A DNA stretch of 59,445 bases, counting the filler. It is 3 parts of 3 records of this genome, joined end to end, with 100 filler letters (N's around TTAATTAATTAA, not from the genome) between each part and the next. Parts side by side here need not be neighbours in the genome. Positions count along the whole stretch, not along the records: positions 1 to 28,303 come from SRR20825006_1014; 2 more parts are not named here. One strand, given 5' to 3'. Position numbers and translations under genes: made by a program. How positions within the stretch are numbered: the first letter of the stretch is position 1; each line of letters starts with the position of its first letter. This document shows positions 1 through 11,501 of this stretch, piece by piece. The notes under the pieces were generated by a model. It saw only the letters and a list, made by a program, of their open reading frames with translations, did not search any database and had not been told where the DNA came from.

Positions 1-2238
<2,238 letters not shown>

Positions 2239-2519
2239 TACACACCTCCTGGGCTCTGATTGGAGTCCCGCGCTGGCGGATAGAACGGCCGCCAGCGGGA
2301 ACACTGGCGCAGGATCAGTACAGTATTGCCACAAACCGAGGCACTGATGACCCTGCGTTATGACGTTAAGTCATTTCATACTACGCCCTTATGGCGAGGA
2401 CATGAAACGGGCAGGCATGCTCTTTGGCTATATATGTGATCGTGAATGTAAATGCTTGTTGAATAAAGAGGTTTTGAGCGTTGCAGGGCTGCTGGTCGGG
2501 CCGGGTAATGGGCGGGTTC

Positions 2520-3017
2520 TCAGCAGCTTGAGGTGTCTTGCCAGAGCAGCCAGAGGCGGGTATCGAGCTCAAGCTGGTGGTAGTCCGGGGCCATGTGCGA
2601 GCAGAGTTGATAAAAGGCCTTGTTGTGGTCAGCTTCTTTGAAGTGGGCGAGCTCGTGGACCACGATCATGCGCAGAAAGGCTTCAGGCGCCGCCTTGAAC
2701 TGGCTGGCGATGCGCAGGCTGTTATGGCTGCGTAGTTTGCTGCCATGAATGCGGGTTTGCCGGGTATGCATGCCCAATGCCTGGCTGAGTGTCTTCAGTT
2801 TGGCGTCGTAGTGAGCCTTGCCCAGTGGCGGCGCCTTGCGCAGGTATTGTTGTTTCAGGGTGTTGGCGTACTGGAACAGGGCCTTGTCACCTTGAATCTC
2901 ATGCTTGTCGGGATAGCGCTGTAGCAGATAGTCGCCCAGTCGCCCCTGATCCAGCAGGGCTTGGGCCTGCTGCTGGATTTGTGTGGGGTAGCCAGTCAGG
3001 TATTGCAGAGGGTGCAT
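2520..3017 (-). CDS. YgjP-like M48/SprT-type zinc metalloprotein
   Basis: HELAH zinc motif followed by HNKAFYQLC, typical of YgjP-like proteins. Start trimmed to ATG 3017 (MHPLQYL). Confidence 0.85.
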   Translation of the reverse strand: MHPLQYLTGYPTQIQQQAQALLDQGRLGDYLLQRYPDKHEIQGDKALFQYANTLKQQYLRKAPPLGKAHYDAKLKTLSQALGMHTRQTRIHGSKLRSHNSLRIASQFKAAPEAFLRMIVVHELAHFKEADHNKAFYQLCSHMAPDYHQLELDTRLWLLWQDTSSC

Positions 3018-3117
3018 GGGGCCGATTATCGCTTGGTGTATACGTTGGGCGTTAGTGCCAATGTGATCGTGGGGCTGCGTGCGTATGATCGCCGCTCTCT
3101 TTGCAATGGACAATCCC

Positions 3118-3741
3118 ATGTCGTCACCCCAGGACTTTGATTATCCCCGTCGCGGTAATGCTTTCTCCCGGTCGCTTGCCAGTGGCTTTTTGCGCCTGGC
3201 TGGCTGGCGGGTGACCAACCCCATGCCGGCGGTACCCAAGGCGGTGATTATTGGTGGGCCACACACGTCTAACTGGGATGGTATCTATACCCTGGCGGCG
3301 ATGATGCAGCTGGGGCTGGATGCTCACGTGATGATCAAGGACAGCGCCTTCAAAGGGCTGTTTGGCTCTATGCTCCGCTGGATGGGCGCTCTGCCCATTG
3401 CGCGTGATAAAGCTGGCGGCGTGGTCGAGCAGACCGTGGAGCAGTTCAACTCCCGCGACAAGCTGGTGATGGTGGTGGCGCCAGAAGGCACCCGCGGCGG
3501 GGCAACGCAGTGGAAAACCGGTTTTTATCGTATCGCCCAGCAGGCGGGCGTGCCGATTGTGGTGGCGACTGCGGATTACGGTAAAAAGGAGATTACCTTT
3601 GCCCGGGTGATCGAGCCGTGCGGCGATGTAGAGAAGGATCTGGCAGAAATTTTTGAATGCTATGCCGCCATTCATCCGCGTCATCCGGACAAATTATCCG
3701 CGCCGTTAAAAGCCATTCGCGAAAGAGACGGAAATATTTGA
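3118..3741 (+). CDS. Lysophospholipid (PlsC-like) acyltransferase
   Basis: HTSNWD (HxxxxD) and PEGTR acyltransferase motifs. Start uncertain (3079-3118). Confidence 0.9.
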   Translation: MSSPQDFDYPRRGNAFSRSLASGFLRLAGWRVTNPMPAVPKAVIIGGPHTSNWDGIYTLAAMMQLGLDAHVMIKDSAFKGLFGSMLRWMGALPIARDKAGGVVEQTVEQFNSRDKLVMVVAPEGTRGGATQWKTGFYRIAQQAGVPIVVATADYGKKEITFARVIEPCGDVEKDLAEIFECYAAIHPRHPDKLSAPLKAIRERDGNI

Positions 3742-3876
3742 GGCAGGGTGCCCGTTGCGCGTTGCATGCTGCGTGAAGCACATGGCGGCCGCAGAGCGGC
3801 ATAAGAACCCTCCCTTTGCAGGGAGGGGGTGTTGCACTCCTCTCCGATGGTGCTGGAGAGGAGGGAGGGGGGTCGA

Positions 3877-6800
3877 TCAGTTACAGGCGCCAGCGTTCGT
3901 ATAGCTGCTATCCACCACATTATTGATCCACTGATCCATCAGCGCGGTGGCTTCGCCATGAGCAACGCTGCGGGCAATCGGTGGCATCATTTTCTGCGGA
4001 TCATCTTCTGCAGCGACGCGACAGGAGACGATGGAGCTGCCCGCACTACCGGGTACCAGCACATGCTGGCGCCCACAGGAGCCGCCACCGGTGGCCGTGG
4101 GCTTCTTGCACACCCCGTAGCTGGCGTTCACATCACGGAAGTGATCCAGGTAATAACCGGTGTTGGATGCCGCGCCCTTGTCGTTGTGACAGTGCTGGCA
4201 GTTCACTTCCAGGTAAGCACGCACACGGCTTTCGATATCCGCCGCTGAGTTGGCGGTTTCTCCGCTGTCACCGGGCACATTCCAGCGTGGCAGATGCTCA
4301 ATGTTGGTGGCCACCCCATTGCTGATGGTCAACTCCGGCACGCCGGTCAGGATACCCAAATCCTTCCATTGCTTGATTTGGTTTACTGCCGGGAAGCCGG
4401 CCTGGCCGCTGGTGCCCATAAAGGCAGATTCCGCTTTGTAGGCACGGTTCAGGTTACGCGGCTTGGGCCCAATGGGGGCACTGCCTGCCGGCTGGTCATC
4501 ATTGGCGTGACAGGTCACGCACTGGTTGCCGTTAGGAATGGTGTAACCATCGGTGCTGCCGGTGAGCAGGGTGTTGGAATCGGCATCACGGTAATGCCAG
4601 GCCACCGACGCGGTGCCACCGTTCATGGCCAGGCGCGCAACCCTCTTGCCGTCTTCTTCTTCCCAGATGTAGGGCAGGCCTACCCAGACGGCGCTGTCCT
4701 GGCTGTTCCTGCGTTTGATCAGCAAGCGGGTTTCTACCGGTACTTCGGTGCCTTGGCTTTCATCGGTGAATGCAAAGGTTTTGGCAATCACGGTGCCTTC
4801 CGGGAACACGATGCTGCCGTTGACGTTATTGCCGCCCTGGCCGTCGCTGTACACCGCTTGCTCGCCGGGTGGCACAAACACGACCCGATACTTGGTTGAG
4901 TAATCAGAGAACAGCTTGGTGTTCAGCACAAAGGGCTGGCCGCTTTCGTTTGGTGTGCTGCGAGGATCTTCAGCATCGGCAAACAGGTTGTACTGATCCA
5001 GCGTCGGGCAGTTGTAGTTCAGTGCTTCGCGGTTGATTTCGCCGTCTGCAACTTCAGCGCTACAGTAGAAATCGACAACTTCATCCGAAGGTGCTGGGTC
5101 GAACTCACCGCTTGGCTCGAAGGGCGGGATTTCTACCCGTGGCAGTGATGCCAGGGTGGTACCGAAACGGGCCTGGCAATCATGCTCGGACATGTCGGTG
5201 TCGGAGGCGATATTCAGTAACCCCTCAATGGCACCTCTGATGCCGGCGGGATCCAGAATAGAGAAATCCTGTTCAGCAATGGCCAGTACCAGTTCCAGCC
5301 CATCGGTGCCGTGGAAGTTCAGGTAGGGCGCGCTGTCGCTGTCCAGTTCGTTATCATGAATACAGGTGCCCCACTCCGGCAGGATGCGGTCGCCATTTTC
5401 GTTGAACTTGTAGGCGTTGTAGTGGCAGCTGGGATTCGGGTGCTCGTTGGTATGAATGGGTTTGCCGCTGTCCCACATGGGTACCGGATCACCATTGTTG
5501 TCTACCGGATAGGGGCAGTCTTCATCCAGGTCGTCGCGCAGACCATCCCAGACGATGTGAGCACCTTTACCCAGATTCAGGAGGTTCGGCAGGCTGGCCA
5601 GCACTTCGAGAAGGTTGGGGGAAAGCTCAGGCAGGTTTTTCAGGCCGATCAGGGTCGGCAGCACACTTTCTACTTCGCCATTGGCAAGCTTTTCCAGATC
5701 CGGGGGCGGCAGATCATAACCGGAGTTCTTCATCACGTTGTTATGGATGTGAAGCCCTTCGGTATAGGGGTCGATTTTTTTGTCGGCAGTGTTGTTTTTG
5801 CCATCAATCAACTCATAGCTAACGTGGATTACTGCCGCGGTGCTGTGGTCTTCGAAGGTGTTGTTGAGTACTTCGATGTTGTCGTAGCCCAGGGTAATAA
5901 AGCCCGTGCCACGGGGAACAACAGAGACCAGGCCGCTATGGGCAAAGTTGTAGGTGTTGTTGTTGCGAGCGGTGTTGTTGATCATCACCGAGGTATCACC
6001 GTAACGGGTGATGTTTTCAAGGTCGTAGATCAGGAAGGCGCCGGTATTACACTCGGCGATGTTGTTGTCGTACTCGCCGCCTTGCACGTTTTCGATTTCA
6101 AAACCCATTACGTTATAAGCGGCACGGCTGTTACGAATGATGGCGGTGTTGGTCTGGCCAACATAGATGCCTGCATCGCTGGCGCCGATGGATTCACTGT
6201 CTTCTACCAGAATGTTCTCTGACTCTACCGGGTAGATGCCGTAGCGGCCGCTGGCGGAACTGGGGGTGTAATCCGGGCTGGAGTCTCCCTCGTTGTAAGG
6301 GGGCGCGGTACAGGACACATGGATCTTTTCCGCGTAGTTATCTGCGGTGATCGGTTCGCCACCGCCGGACCACATGGCACGTACGCCACGCAGGGTGCCC
6401 CACTTTACGCTCTTCAATTTGAAGGCGTCGCCGGGGGAATCGAGGATGGTCAGATCTTCCACGGTAATGCCGCGAATGTTCAGCGCTTCCAGACCGGTCA
6501 CGTTGACACTGTCTTTGAACGACAGAATGGTTTCATCTTTGCCGCAACCTTTAATCAGTACATCTTCGGTGGCCTGGATCAAGATACCCTGGTCCAGTTC
6601 GAAGTAACCGCATTCGAATTGCAGGGTGTCTTTTGGACGCAGCTGGACCATGGCATTGACCATGTCTTCGGTGGCGTCTTCACCGGGGCTGATGAGGAAC
6701 GTTCGGCCAACGGTATCGGGGGGCGTAGTGTCGCCTCCGTCACCGCCATCCCCTCCATCATTGCCGCCATCACCACCGTCATCCCCTCCATCACCACCGT

Positions 6801-6933
6801 CGCCGCCATTGTCGGGATTGTTGGGTGTGGCGGGATTAGTGGTCGGTGATGAGCCGCCGCCGTCACCGCCGCAGGCGGTGAGTACCAGAGTGACCGCCAG
6901 TGCGATGGCCGGCCAGAATCGGTTCATGTTCAT
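3877..6933 (-). CDS. Lipoprotein: parallel beta-helix domain fused to a C-terminal diheme c-type cytochrome domain
   Basis: Lipobox LTAC; Gly/Asp linker; beta-helix repeats (YGIYPVESENILVE, GASDAGIYVGQ, NVMGFEIEN); LFSDYSTKYR and FPEGTVIAKTF segments; two CxxCH motifs (CVTCH, CQHCH); MPP near the C-terminus as candidate axial Met. Confidence 0.85.
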   Translation of the reverse strand: MNMNRFWPAIALAVTLVLTACGGDGGGSSPTTNPATPNNPDNGGDGGDGGDDGGDGGNDGGDGGDGGDTTPPDTVGRTFLISPGEDATEDMVNAMVQLRPKDTLQFECGYFELDQGILIQATEDVLIKGCGKDETILSFKDSVNVTGLEALNIRGITVEDLTILDSPGDAFKLKSVKWGTLRGVRAMWSGGGEPITADNYAEKIHVSCTAPPYNEGDSSPDYTPSSASGRYGIYPVESENILVEDSESIGASDAGIYVGQTNTAIIRNSRAAYNVMGFEIENVQGGEYDNNIAECNTGAFLIYDLENITRYGDTSVMINNTARNNNTYNFAHSGLVSVVPRGTGFITLGYDNIEVLNNTFEDHSTAAVIHVSYELIDGKNNTADKKIDPYTEGLHIHNNVMKNSGYDLPPPDLEKLANGEVESVLPTLIGLKNLPELSPNLLEVLASLPNLLNLGKGAHIVWDGLRDDLDEDCPYPVDNNGDPVPMWDSGKPIHTNEHPNPSCHYNAYKFNENGDRILPEWGTCIHDNELDSDSAPYLNFHGTDGLELVLAIAEQDFSILDPAGIRGAIEGLLNIASDTDMSEHDCQARFGTTLASLPRVEIPPFEPSGEFDPAPSDEVVDFYCSAEVADGEINREALNYNCPTLDQYNLFADAEDPRSTPNESGQPFVLNTKLFSDYSTKYRVVFVPPGEQAVYSDGQGGNNVNGSIVFPEGTVIAKTFAFTDESQGTEVPVETRLLIKRRNSQDSAVWVGLPYIWEEEDGKRVARLAMNGGTASVAWHYRDADSNTLLTGSTDGYTIPNGNQCVTCHANDDQPAGSAPIGPKPRNLNRAYKAESAFMGTSGQAGFPAVNQIKQWKDLGILTGVPELTISNGVATNIEHLPRWNVPGDSGETANSAADIESRVRAYLEVNCQHCHNDKGAASNTGYYLDHFRDVNASYGVCKKPTATGGGSCGRQHVLVPGSAGSSIVSCRVAAEDDPQKMMPPIARSVAHGEATALMDQWINNVVDSSYTNAGACN
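6732..6808 (-). repeat. Low-complexity coding repeat (GGD)n linker
   Basis: Translates as GGDGGDGGDDGGDGGNDGGDGGDGGD between the lipid anchor and the beta-helix; boundaries approximate. Confidence 0.85.
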
Positions 6934-7005
6934 GATCGGTTCCCCGTTGTCGTTTATTGTTGCTGCTGCCTGAAAGGTTGCATGTTTTATGTGGAGGTAT
7001 GGCCG

Positions 7006-9492
7006 CTATTGCGCGGCTTGCTCCAGTCGTTCCCACATCCGTATGTACGCTTCTGCCGAGGTGAACAGTTGGTTCACCGCGTCATCAATGTCTTCCTGCG
7101 GACGATCACTGTTGAGCATCATGTCGGCGATCTGGTCCGCATAGAGTCCGTAGTGCGCCACGCCACGGCCTTCATAGAGACTGAAGGCGTGGTCACCGGT
7201 AATTTGTTTGTTGAATTGCACCTGGCCATCCACCGAGGTGAAGGGGTAAAGCTCGGCTTCCTGATCAGGTGTGCCGGGGTTGCCGGCAAGATTGGCAATG
7301 CCGTTCACGTCGGACGCAAACGGGGCGCCACCGAAGGGGCCAACCTTGAAGGCCGGGTCGCGGGGGCGATTGCCGTCGCGGGTCAGCTGGTCTACCCAGT
7401 TGCCGCGCACGCTGCCGAACGACGCCGTAACGCCGCCCTGGCTGGCGATCTGATCGCGCAGGGCTTCGGTGCCGGTCCAGTTGCCATGGCTGTTGATAAT
7501 CGGGTAGTCGCGTGCACCGGTAACATCGAGAATCTGGGTGGCGGCTTTGCGGCTGATATGGTCAATCTCGATCATCATGCCGCGGCGGGTCAGTTCTTCG
7601 ATAAGGAAGAAACCCAGGTCGGTGAGGCCGCGGGTGTTGCACAGGTGGTCGGTGCCACGGCGTGGATCGTAGGCTGCGAACTCTTCCGGCGTCGCCGGGA
7701 AACGGTCGCCGACGTAGTCGATCTGGAACAGCAGCTGGTCAAAAATGCCCAGCGGTTGAAGCGGGTTTTCCAGAGCAATCGCGTCACCCTCATGGTCATG
7801 ATCCGGGCAGTCCTCGAATTCCACCAGATGACCGGTTTCCAGCAGGTTGCCGCCATACAGGACGGCACCGATACCCACGCCTTCGGACAGATCGGGCAGG
7901 TGGCCGCCGAAGGCATTATCAAATTTGTGCACCGGGAACAGGCTGCGCACATTCATGGCGTAGAGCCGGTCCAGCCGTTCCACGATTTCTTCGCGGGTAC
8001 ATTCCGGGGCATTGAGAAACTCGCCACAGTTGAGAGCCTTGGATGCCTCCACGCCGAGGATGACCGCCATTTTCCCGTCGCCGATGACCTGCCGGGCCTG
8101 GGCCGGATCGGTGACGATGCGGAACCAGCCCTTGCCGGGGCCGCCGTTCTGGGCGTCGATGTAATCCTGCATGCGATGCATCTGTGTGGCCTGCATTTCA
8201 ATGGCGGCCATGGTGTCGCAGTCATTCTGTTTCTGTGGATTGAGCTGGCAGAGAATTTCGTTATGCACCAGGTGGTTGACGAGAATTTTCATGCCCGCCA
8301 GGTGCGCCCGTTCAATCCATTTGTAGTAACTCTGATGGTGTTGCAATGAGTTGCTGCGGGGCCAGAACGTGTAGTCCGGCCAGCCCCGGGTTTCGTGGGG
8401 ACCAGGGTTGCTGGTGACTTGTTCGATTAGCCCGGTGAGCCCCTGGGGGCCATGGTTGACGGCACAGTCGTGCAGGGCATGGTCGACCCCGAATTTGTGG
8501 AAGGGGTCGCCGTAGTTCACCCGCCCGCCGATAAATTCATAGGCGGAAATATGGCTGTGGGCATCCACGAAGCCGAAGATGTCATCGTCGTCCAGGCCGT
8601 CCACATTCTGGAAGCGGGGAACCTCGGTCAGGTAATTGGCTGGGCCGTTATCAGCGACGACGGCGTTGAGTTCGGCTTCCGGATACGCCTTGCATCCGTC
8701 GCTGGGTGCCAGGGTGAAACGGTTGTTGTTCGCTTCCAGTTGCGGGGAAGTGAGAGTCAGGCCGTCGTCGTCGGCGGTGAGCAGCAGGCCAGTCACGTTG
8801 GAGGCCAGGGTAAAGGTGTCGCCGTCGCTGCGGTTCAGGTTCCAGACCGCCAGATCGTTGGCGTCATCGACCATGGCCAGGCTGGGCTGGATGTTGGTGT
8901 CACCCAGCCCGGTACCGATACCCCCCAGACTTTCGCCCAGTTCACGCAGCAGGCCACCGAGGGGGGCAACCGGGTCCAGCACCAGATTGAGGGTATCGCC
9001 CAGCCCGGATACCAGATAGCTCAGCTCTCCGACAAAGTTGCCGCTCTGGTCAAGAAACTCTCCGGCTGGATCGCTGATGCCGAGCAATTGTTTGTTGCCG
9101 GCGCTGCCGGGATCACGTTGATAATCCGACAGCAGCAAGTAGCGTCCCAGATCAGTGGGCTTCATATAGAAGGGGGTAGCGTTGCTGGCATCGTTGCTCA
9201 GCCCATAGCTGCCGTCATTGCTGACCAGAAACTGTTGCTGGCTTTGCAGGGTGTAGCAGCCATTGGCGAATTGGTAGCGGTTCAGGGGGTCGGGTTCCGG
9301 CTCAGGCTCCGGGGTCGGGTCCGGTGTTTCCGGCTCACGGGGTGTTTCCGGGGTAGCCGGGGAATTACTGGCAACGGTGGAGGCGTTGCTGTTGCCTCCA
9401 CCACCGCAGGCGGCGAGCAGGTTGGCACTGAGAAGTAATGCCAGCGTAAGCCGGTGAGAGATAAAAGCGGGAGCCTGGCTGAGTGGATACAT
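7006..9492 (-). CDS. Lipoprotein of the amidohydrolase / peptidase M19-like fold (resembles sphingolipid ceramide N-deacylase-type proteins)
   Basis: Lipobox LAAC, Pro/Glu linker, N-terminal beta-rich domain, then metal-site motifs DAHSH, GVE, HKFDN, IDH, SHG, SD. Start trimmed to ATG 9492. Substrate is inference. Confidence 0.75.
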   Translation of the reverse strand: MYPLSQAPAFISHRLTLALLLSANLLAACGGGGNSNASTVASNSPATPETPREPETPDPTPEPEPEPDPLNRYQFANGCYTLQSQQQFLVSNDGSYGLSNDASNATPFYMKPTDLGRYLLLSDYQRDPGSAGNKQLLGISDPAGEFLDQSGNFVGELSYLVSGLGDTLNLVLDPVAPLGGLLRELGESLGGIGTGLGDTNIQPSLAMVDDANDLAVWNLNRSDGDTFTLASNVTGLLLTADDDGLTLTSPQLEANNNRFTLAPSDGCKAYPEAELNAVVADNGPANYLTEVPRFQNVDGLDDDDIFGFVDAHSHISAYEFIGGRVNYGDPFHKFGVDHALHDCAVNHGPQGLTGLIEQVTSNPGPHETRGWPDYTFWPRSNSLQHHQSYYKWIERAHLAGMKILVNHLVHNEILCQLNPQKQNDCDTMAAIEMQATQMHRMQDYIDAQNGGPGKGWFRIVTDPAQARQVIGDGKMAVILGVEASKALNCGEFLNAPECTREEIVERLDRLYAMNVRSLFPVHKFDNAFGGHLPDLSEGVGIGAVLYGGNLLETGHLVEFEDCPDHDHEGDAIALENPLQPLGIFDQLLFQIDYVGDRFPATPEEFAAYDPRRGTDHLCNTRGLTDLGFFLIEELTRRGMMIEIDHISRKAATQILDVTGARDYPIINSHGNWTGTEALRDQIASQGGVTASFGSVRGNWVDQLTRDGNRPRDPAFKVGPFGGAPFASDVNGIANLAGNPGTPDQEAELYPFTSVDGQVQFNKQITGDHAFSLYEGRGVAHYGLYADQIADMMLNSDRPQEDIDDAVNQLFTSAEAYIRMWERLEQAAQ

Positions 9493-9739
9493 TGCTAACC
9501 CCTTGGCGGTGCCTGTGGTGGGCACTGTTCTTGTTTGTGCAATGCGCAAGGTGTCGTGCGAATGGGTGGCACGATCGTACACATTGATTGGTACAAGTGT
9601 GCACATTAATCAGGGGGCGGTGCTGTAGCGTTATTGTCAGTATTGGTGACAGTTTCTTTTCATAGGGATACAAAACGGCAAAGCCGGATGGGCCGGACAT
9701 TGCCGTTTTCAGGGATCAGGGGAGGGATTGTGCAGGGTG

Positions 9740-11371
9740 TCAGGCCGCCTGGCTGGGGGTGTGAGCGGTGGTGGGGCCGTCCAGCGGGCGGGTCAGATAG
9801 CCGAGTATCAGGGTGGCTACGTCCACATTGGGTTGGTAGTGGAGAAACAGCCCGCCCAGGGTGCCGAAGACCCGGGCCAGCATGATGAAATCGCCGGGCA
9901 GGCTCTGTACCGGGTCATGTTCCAGCTGGCCGAGCAGTCCGCTGACCTGCTGCATCATGGCTTCTGGGCTGGGCCAGCCGGCCTGCTGATCGGGATTGAT
10001 AATGGCATCGCGGACCTGGTCGAGCACGGCAGACACGAATGCCAGCAGGGTGGCCGGATCGCCGCTGCGGGTGACAAAGCCCAGGGCGGTGAGGGTGTCG
10101 GCGATGACGGTTTCATCACCCACGATGCAAGCCTGCAGAACCCGGAAGTAACCCCGGCGAGCGTTGTCGGTAAGTGCTTGCGCGCAGCCGAAATCCAGCA
10201 GCACCAGTGTGTTGTCCGGGGTGATCATGATATTGCCGGGGTGCGGGTCTGCATGAAACAGGCCGCCGTGCAGTACCTGGCTGAACCAGGCATCCAGCAG
10301 CGTACTGAGCAGGGCGCTGACCCGGTCTGGATCCGTGTCTTTCAGCCGGTCCAGGGTCAGGGTGAGCTTCTCGCCCTGAATGAATTCGGTGGTGAGCACA
10401 TGGCGGCTGCTGCGCTCGGCCACAAGTGCCGGCACCTGAATCCCGGGGATGGCCGCGAGCTGTCGGCCAATATCTGTCATGACCCGGGCTTCACGCTGAT
10501 AGTCCAGTTCTTCGCGAACGGTGCGTTGGATTTCGTTGACGATGGTGTCGATATCCATGGGCGGCAGGGCGGATTTAACCGCATCCATAAAGACCTTGAG
10601 CAGGGTCATGTCCAGTTCGACTACATCATCCAGCCCCGGGCGCTGCACTTTGACCGCCACTTCGCGGCCGTCGTGCAAGCGGGCGCGGTGCACCTGGCCG
10701 ATACTGGCAGCGGCCAGGGGCTGGGGGTCCACATGGGCAAACAGCGTCTCCAGTGGCTGGTTGAACTCCTGCTCCAGTACTGCCGCAATGTCGGCAAAGG
10801 CCACCGGGCTGGCCTGGTCCTGCAATACGGCCAGTTCATCCACCCAGGCTTGGGGCAGCAGATCCGGACGGCTGGAGAGCAGCTGGCCGATTTTCAGGAA
10901 GGCACCGCCTTGCTCCAGGGAAGTGTCACGAAAACGTTTGGCGTTGCGCTTATGCAGGTTCGCCAGCGCGGCGTCGCGCATGCTGCCGGGCAGGAACGCG
11001 GCCCTGGTGCCCCACAGGCGGTAGCTGGCGACGACCTTGGTGAGCATCCAGCCGGTTTTGGTCAGGCGCTTGAGACGTGCGGGCCAGCGTCGGGCTTCGT
11101 CGGCGAGCAGCTGCATTTCTTCGTTCATCGCGCTGGCACCACGGGTGACTGCCTTACAGGCAGTCATGGCCTGGTCGGCGATCTCCCGGCCTTGCCAGGC
11201 GGTTTTCTCGATGGCCTTGATGCAACCCTCGACCACGGCAATCCAGGCTTTCAGTCCGCTGTCTTGCTGTTTGCGTTCGGCAAAGTCGTTGAGCGGTTGC
11301 CAGTTCGGTACCTGGTCCGGCTGCGGCTGAGCAGGCTGGATAGTGGTGTTTTGCGCTGATGTGGCTCGCAT
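9740..11371 (-). CDS. ABC1/AarF/UbiB family atypical kinase
   Basis: KIGQ, AAASIGQVH, VAVKVQRP, HADPHPGN, LLDFG motifs. Confidence 0.92.
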   Translation of the reverse strand: MRATSAQNTTIQPAQPQPDQVPNWQPLNDFAERKQQDSGLKAWIAVVEGCIKAIEKTAWQGREIADQAMTACKAVTRGASAMNEEMQLLADEARRWPARLKRLTKTGWMLTKVVASYRLWGTRAAFLPGSMRDAALANLHKRNAKRFRDTSLEQGGAFLKIGQLLSSRPDLLPQAWVDELAVLQDQASPVAFADIAAVLEQEFNQPLETLFAHVDPQPLAAASIGQVHRARLHDGREVAVKVQRPGLDDVVELDMTLLKVFMDAVKSALPPMDIDTIVNEIQRTVREELDYQREARVMTDIGRQLAAIPGIQVPALVAERSSRHVLTTEFIQGEKLTLTLDRLKDTDPDRVSALLSTLLDAWFSQVLHGGLFHADPHPGNIMITPDNTLVLLDFGCAQALTDNARRGYFRVLQACIVGDETVIADTLTALGFVTRSGDPATLLAFVSAVLDQVRDAIINPDQQAGWPSPEAMMQQVSGLLGQLEHDPVQSLPGDFIMLARVFGTLGGLFLHYQPNVDVATLILGYLTRPLDGPTTAHTPSQAA

Positions 11372-11501
11372 CGGGACGGGCCCTCCACAGATTTTGTGTA
11401 TAAGTGTTCACAAAATACTGTGAAGATGCAAAGGGGGCAAGCCAAATGTCAGCATGGGGGATTTATTGTTTGACAATGCGCCGCGATGCCGGGGTTAGGC
11501 C

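Noticed and set aside
9728-11359. Long antisense ORFs (e.g. 9728-11359, 6982-8349, 17492-19225, 28928-30133, 35850-37199, 53501-54667)
   Set aside because: They mirror well-supported genes on the opposite strand, lack motifs, and are expected shadows in GC-rich coding DNA.
11391-11416. CRP-type site upstream of the ABC1 gene
   Set aside because: Half-sites TGTGT/TCACA are 8 nt apart rather than the required 6; kept only as a generic palindrome.
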